Shown here: positions 61,792-64,000 of the stretch, one piece after another | How positions within the stretch are numbered: position 1 is the first letter of the stretch | How the letters are laid out: every line of letters begins with the position of its first letter | NCBI GenBank assembly: GCA_963716175.1 | Contig: OY970296.1 | Location: 4,496,931-4,560,930, forward strand | DNA from: an uncultured Armatimonadetes bacterium | Lineage (GTDB): Bacteria; Armatimonadota; Hebobacteria; Hebobacterales; Hebobacteraceae | Direction: 5' to 3' | DNA length: 64,000 nucleotides | Notes under the pieces: generated by a model | Told to the model about the DNA's origin: nothing | The model's database searches: none | What the model saw: only the letters and a program-made list of their open reading frames with translations | Program-made: the position numbers and the translations under genes

Positions 61792-63401
61792 TCATTCGGA
61801 AGGCAGCACCGCCTGCTTCTTCGCGGTCCTCGCCCGCGGAGCCTTCTTGAACGTCGCGTCTGCCCGCGATGGCGGGCGGTCTAGTTTCTTGCCGTCCAAC
61901 AGTTCGCCCACGGTGAGAAGCTGAATGCGAGGGTGAGTGCTTCCCCAGGGCGACTTGTAGAACCCCGCCCCCACCGCCTCCGCCTGCATGTTGCGAGTCG
62001 GCATTGCCAGGCATATGAGGCAACCCATCTCCGCCTTCTCTCGTTCAACAGTTCCCCGCAGGTCGCGCACATCCCCGACGCGGACCACACCTGACTTCAC
62101 GGAGAAGATCACCTGCTTGGCCTTGCCGCCCTCCTCGTCGTAGAAGAACAGCCGGCCGTCTATCCCCTTGTCCGCGCCCTTCTTCTGCTCCACGGGCCGC
62201 ACGCCGAAGAAGTCCAGCGACCACCACTGGAACTGGTAGGGATCGTCTCTCGCCAACTGTGCCGCGTCGGCAAGCGACCGGGGTTCACCGATCACTTGGT
62301 AGGAGATGCTCTCGCCGTAGGTGTCTTTCAGCCGCTTCTTGATAACTGCGATCGCCGCGTAGGTGATGTCAACGCCAATCCAGGGCCGGCCGAGCCGCTG
62401 TGCTACGGCGATGGTTGTTCCGCACCCGCAGAAGGGGTCAAGCACCGTGTCGCCCTCGTTGCTGCTCGCTGTGATGATACGCTCCAGCAGCGCCTCGGGC
62501 TTTTGGGTGGGGTAGCCGAGTCGCTCGGCCGCATGTGCCTGGATGCATGGGATGTCAGTCCAGCTGTCCCCAATGGCCACGCCTTGCACTTCGTCCAGGT
62601 AACGTTTGTAGCGCGGAACAGTCCCCGGCTTTGTCTGAATATGCGGCCCTCGGCCAGGAGCTTCTCCATCTTCTCCTTGCCATAGCCCCAGTGCCGGGTG
62701 ACTCCGAGAACCTCATAGCGCGGGTGCCCCTCGCCCCCGAACCCGGCCCGGTGAGCTTGTCCGCCACATATCGTCTACCCGTCTCCGGCTCGACGTGACG
62801 ATAGAACCTGTCAACGTATCCTGCGAATACGGGGCAAACGGCTGCCGAAGAGTCCCTGTCCTGCCTCTTTGTGTAGTGAAGCAGCACGTCTCGTACTCGG
62901 GGCCAGTTGACGCGCCCTGCCGGTAGTCACTCTTCGTGGTAGTACGCTTCCAGATTATCTCGTTCGTGTAGTTCCGCGCGCCGAAAGCAGCGTCCATGAG
63001 CATCTTAGGTAGTGGCTCGCCGTCGGGTCGCAGTGCAGGTAGATGCTCCCGGTCGGCTTCAGCACCCGCCGCAGCTCCACCAGCCGCGGCGCCATCATCG
63101 CGAGGTAGGCAAGCATGTTGCTGGCGCCGAGGAGCGTCCGGAATGCCTGCATCGCGTGCGCAACCTGATCCGCCGCCGTCACGACCTCTTCGTAGCGCGG
63201 CCTGCGCCTCTGGCTCCCATTGCCAGGTGTCCTCGAAGGCCTTGATCTGCGCGCGCTGCGTGCCGTTCTGCTCGGCGAAGAGGACGTTGTAGGTGGCGTT
63301 GCTGTTGAACGGCGGGTCGAGGTAGAGAGGTCGACCGACTCGTCCTTGATGTACCGCCGCAGAATGTCCAGGTTGTCGCCGTAGTAGAGAGTTCCGGGCA
63401 T
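61792..63401 (-). CDS. N6/N4 DNA methyltransferase (beta class) with C-terminal Mrr-like nuclease domain; several frameshifts
   Basis: [49 protein letters not shown]; [14 protein letters not shown]. Confidence 0.88.
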
Positions 63402-63406
63402 GGTGG

Positions 63407-63565
63407 TCAGCCTTGCGCCGCCAGCCGCTTCGGACGCGGCCGCTTCTTCGCCTGGAGTAATCTTCTGGCGCTCCTCCGTGCGGTCGCTTTCGCGGGCGGC
63501 ATGTAGGCGAATAGCTTGTTTATCACTACGTCTAAGCGGCGCAGTTCCTGCGCCTCATTACTCAT
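63407..63565 (-). CDS. Small basic protein overlapping the IS1595 transposase stop
   Basis: MSNEAQELRRLDVVINKLFAYMPPAK..., ATGA overlap. Confidence 0.5.
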   Translation of the reverse strand: MSNEAQELRRLDVVINKLFAYMPPAKATARRSARRLLQAKKRPRPKRLAAQG

Positions 63566-64000
63566 GCCGTTAGCTCCCGATAGGTGAGTCGAGCGCCGAC
63601 CGACTGGTCCACCAGGCTGGCCATGCGCTCCAAGGAGTGGCGCCCCACGTTGCCCTCATTCAGGCGGAAGGCGAACTCGTTCACGTACCGGGCGAGGTGC
63701 TTGTCGCTGGCATGGTGATAGGTTCCGTACAGCCCGCGCTTCACACTGCCCACACGCTTTCAACATCGTTCGTGCTGACTCTTCCCCGCACATACTCGCC
63801 TGCGCTGTGGTTCACCGAATGGCGCTCGTAGTCTGCCATGCCGTCGTAGGCGGTGGCCTCTTCGAAGCCAGCACGCTCCCCTGCTCGATGGCCTCCTTTA
63901 CTGCTGCCTGCAAGGTCTCCCTGCTCGTGCCGTCAACCGGCTTCGCCCCGCGCCCGTCTGCCCTTCTCGCGAATCCGCATCACGGGGCGCTTCCCGACCG
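63562..64000 (-). CDS. IS1595 transposase, 3' part, frameshifted
   Basis: HSVNHSAGEYVRG..TN, KRGLYGTYHH. Confidence 0.85.

Larger units (their letters stand above)
60828..64000 (-). mobile_element. IS1595-family element with passenger genes (continues off window)
   Basis: Transposase C-terminus GTYHHASDKHLARYVNEFAFRLN..RLTYREL ending 63562; AT-rich candidate IR GGGAATTATATACTTGACTCC at 60828. Confidence 0.7.

Overview
High-GC bacterial window; the gene repertoire suggests Armatimonadota or a similar lineage (inference only). Single-base frameshifts in housekeeping genes point to an unpolished long-read assembly. The left end is housekeeping (dapF, miaA, mutL, a quinone reductase). About 52 kb of accessory DNA follows: a GGDEF/HD-GYP gene, two related tyrosine recombinases, secreted glycoside hydrolases and HExxH peptidases, an ECF sigma/anti-sigma unit, and a 12-kb ArsR-methyltransferase-ABC-two-component-MacAB-like cluster. 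The right end has glnS with tRNA-Gln(CUG) and an IS1595 carrying a methyltransferase-nuclease gene. Main unannotated signals: (1) a family of 27-bp TGY-N3-TGY IS ends that bound full transposase elements, two collinear 219-bp MITEs with a conserved central motif, and a transposase-free 2.5-kb cassette carrying a glycoside hydrolase; (2) four tandem bulged DNA hairpins, exactly 102 bp, inserted in frame in mutL; (3) two 104-bp double-dyad repeats bracketing a 5.5-kb segment with a c-di-GMP gene and an integrase; (4) a 43-aa Cys/His microprotein in the ArsR operon, missing from the ORF track.
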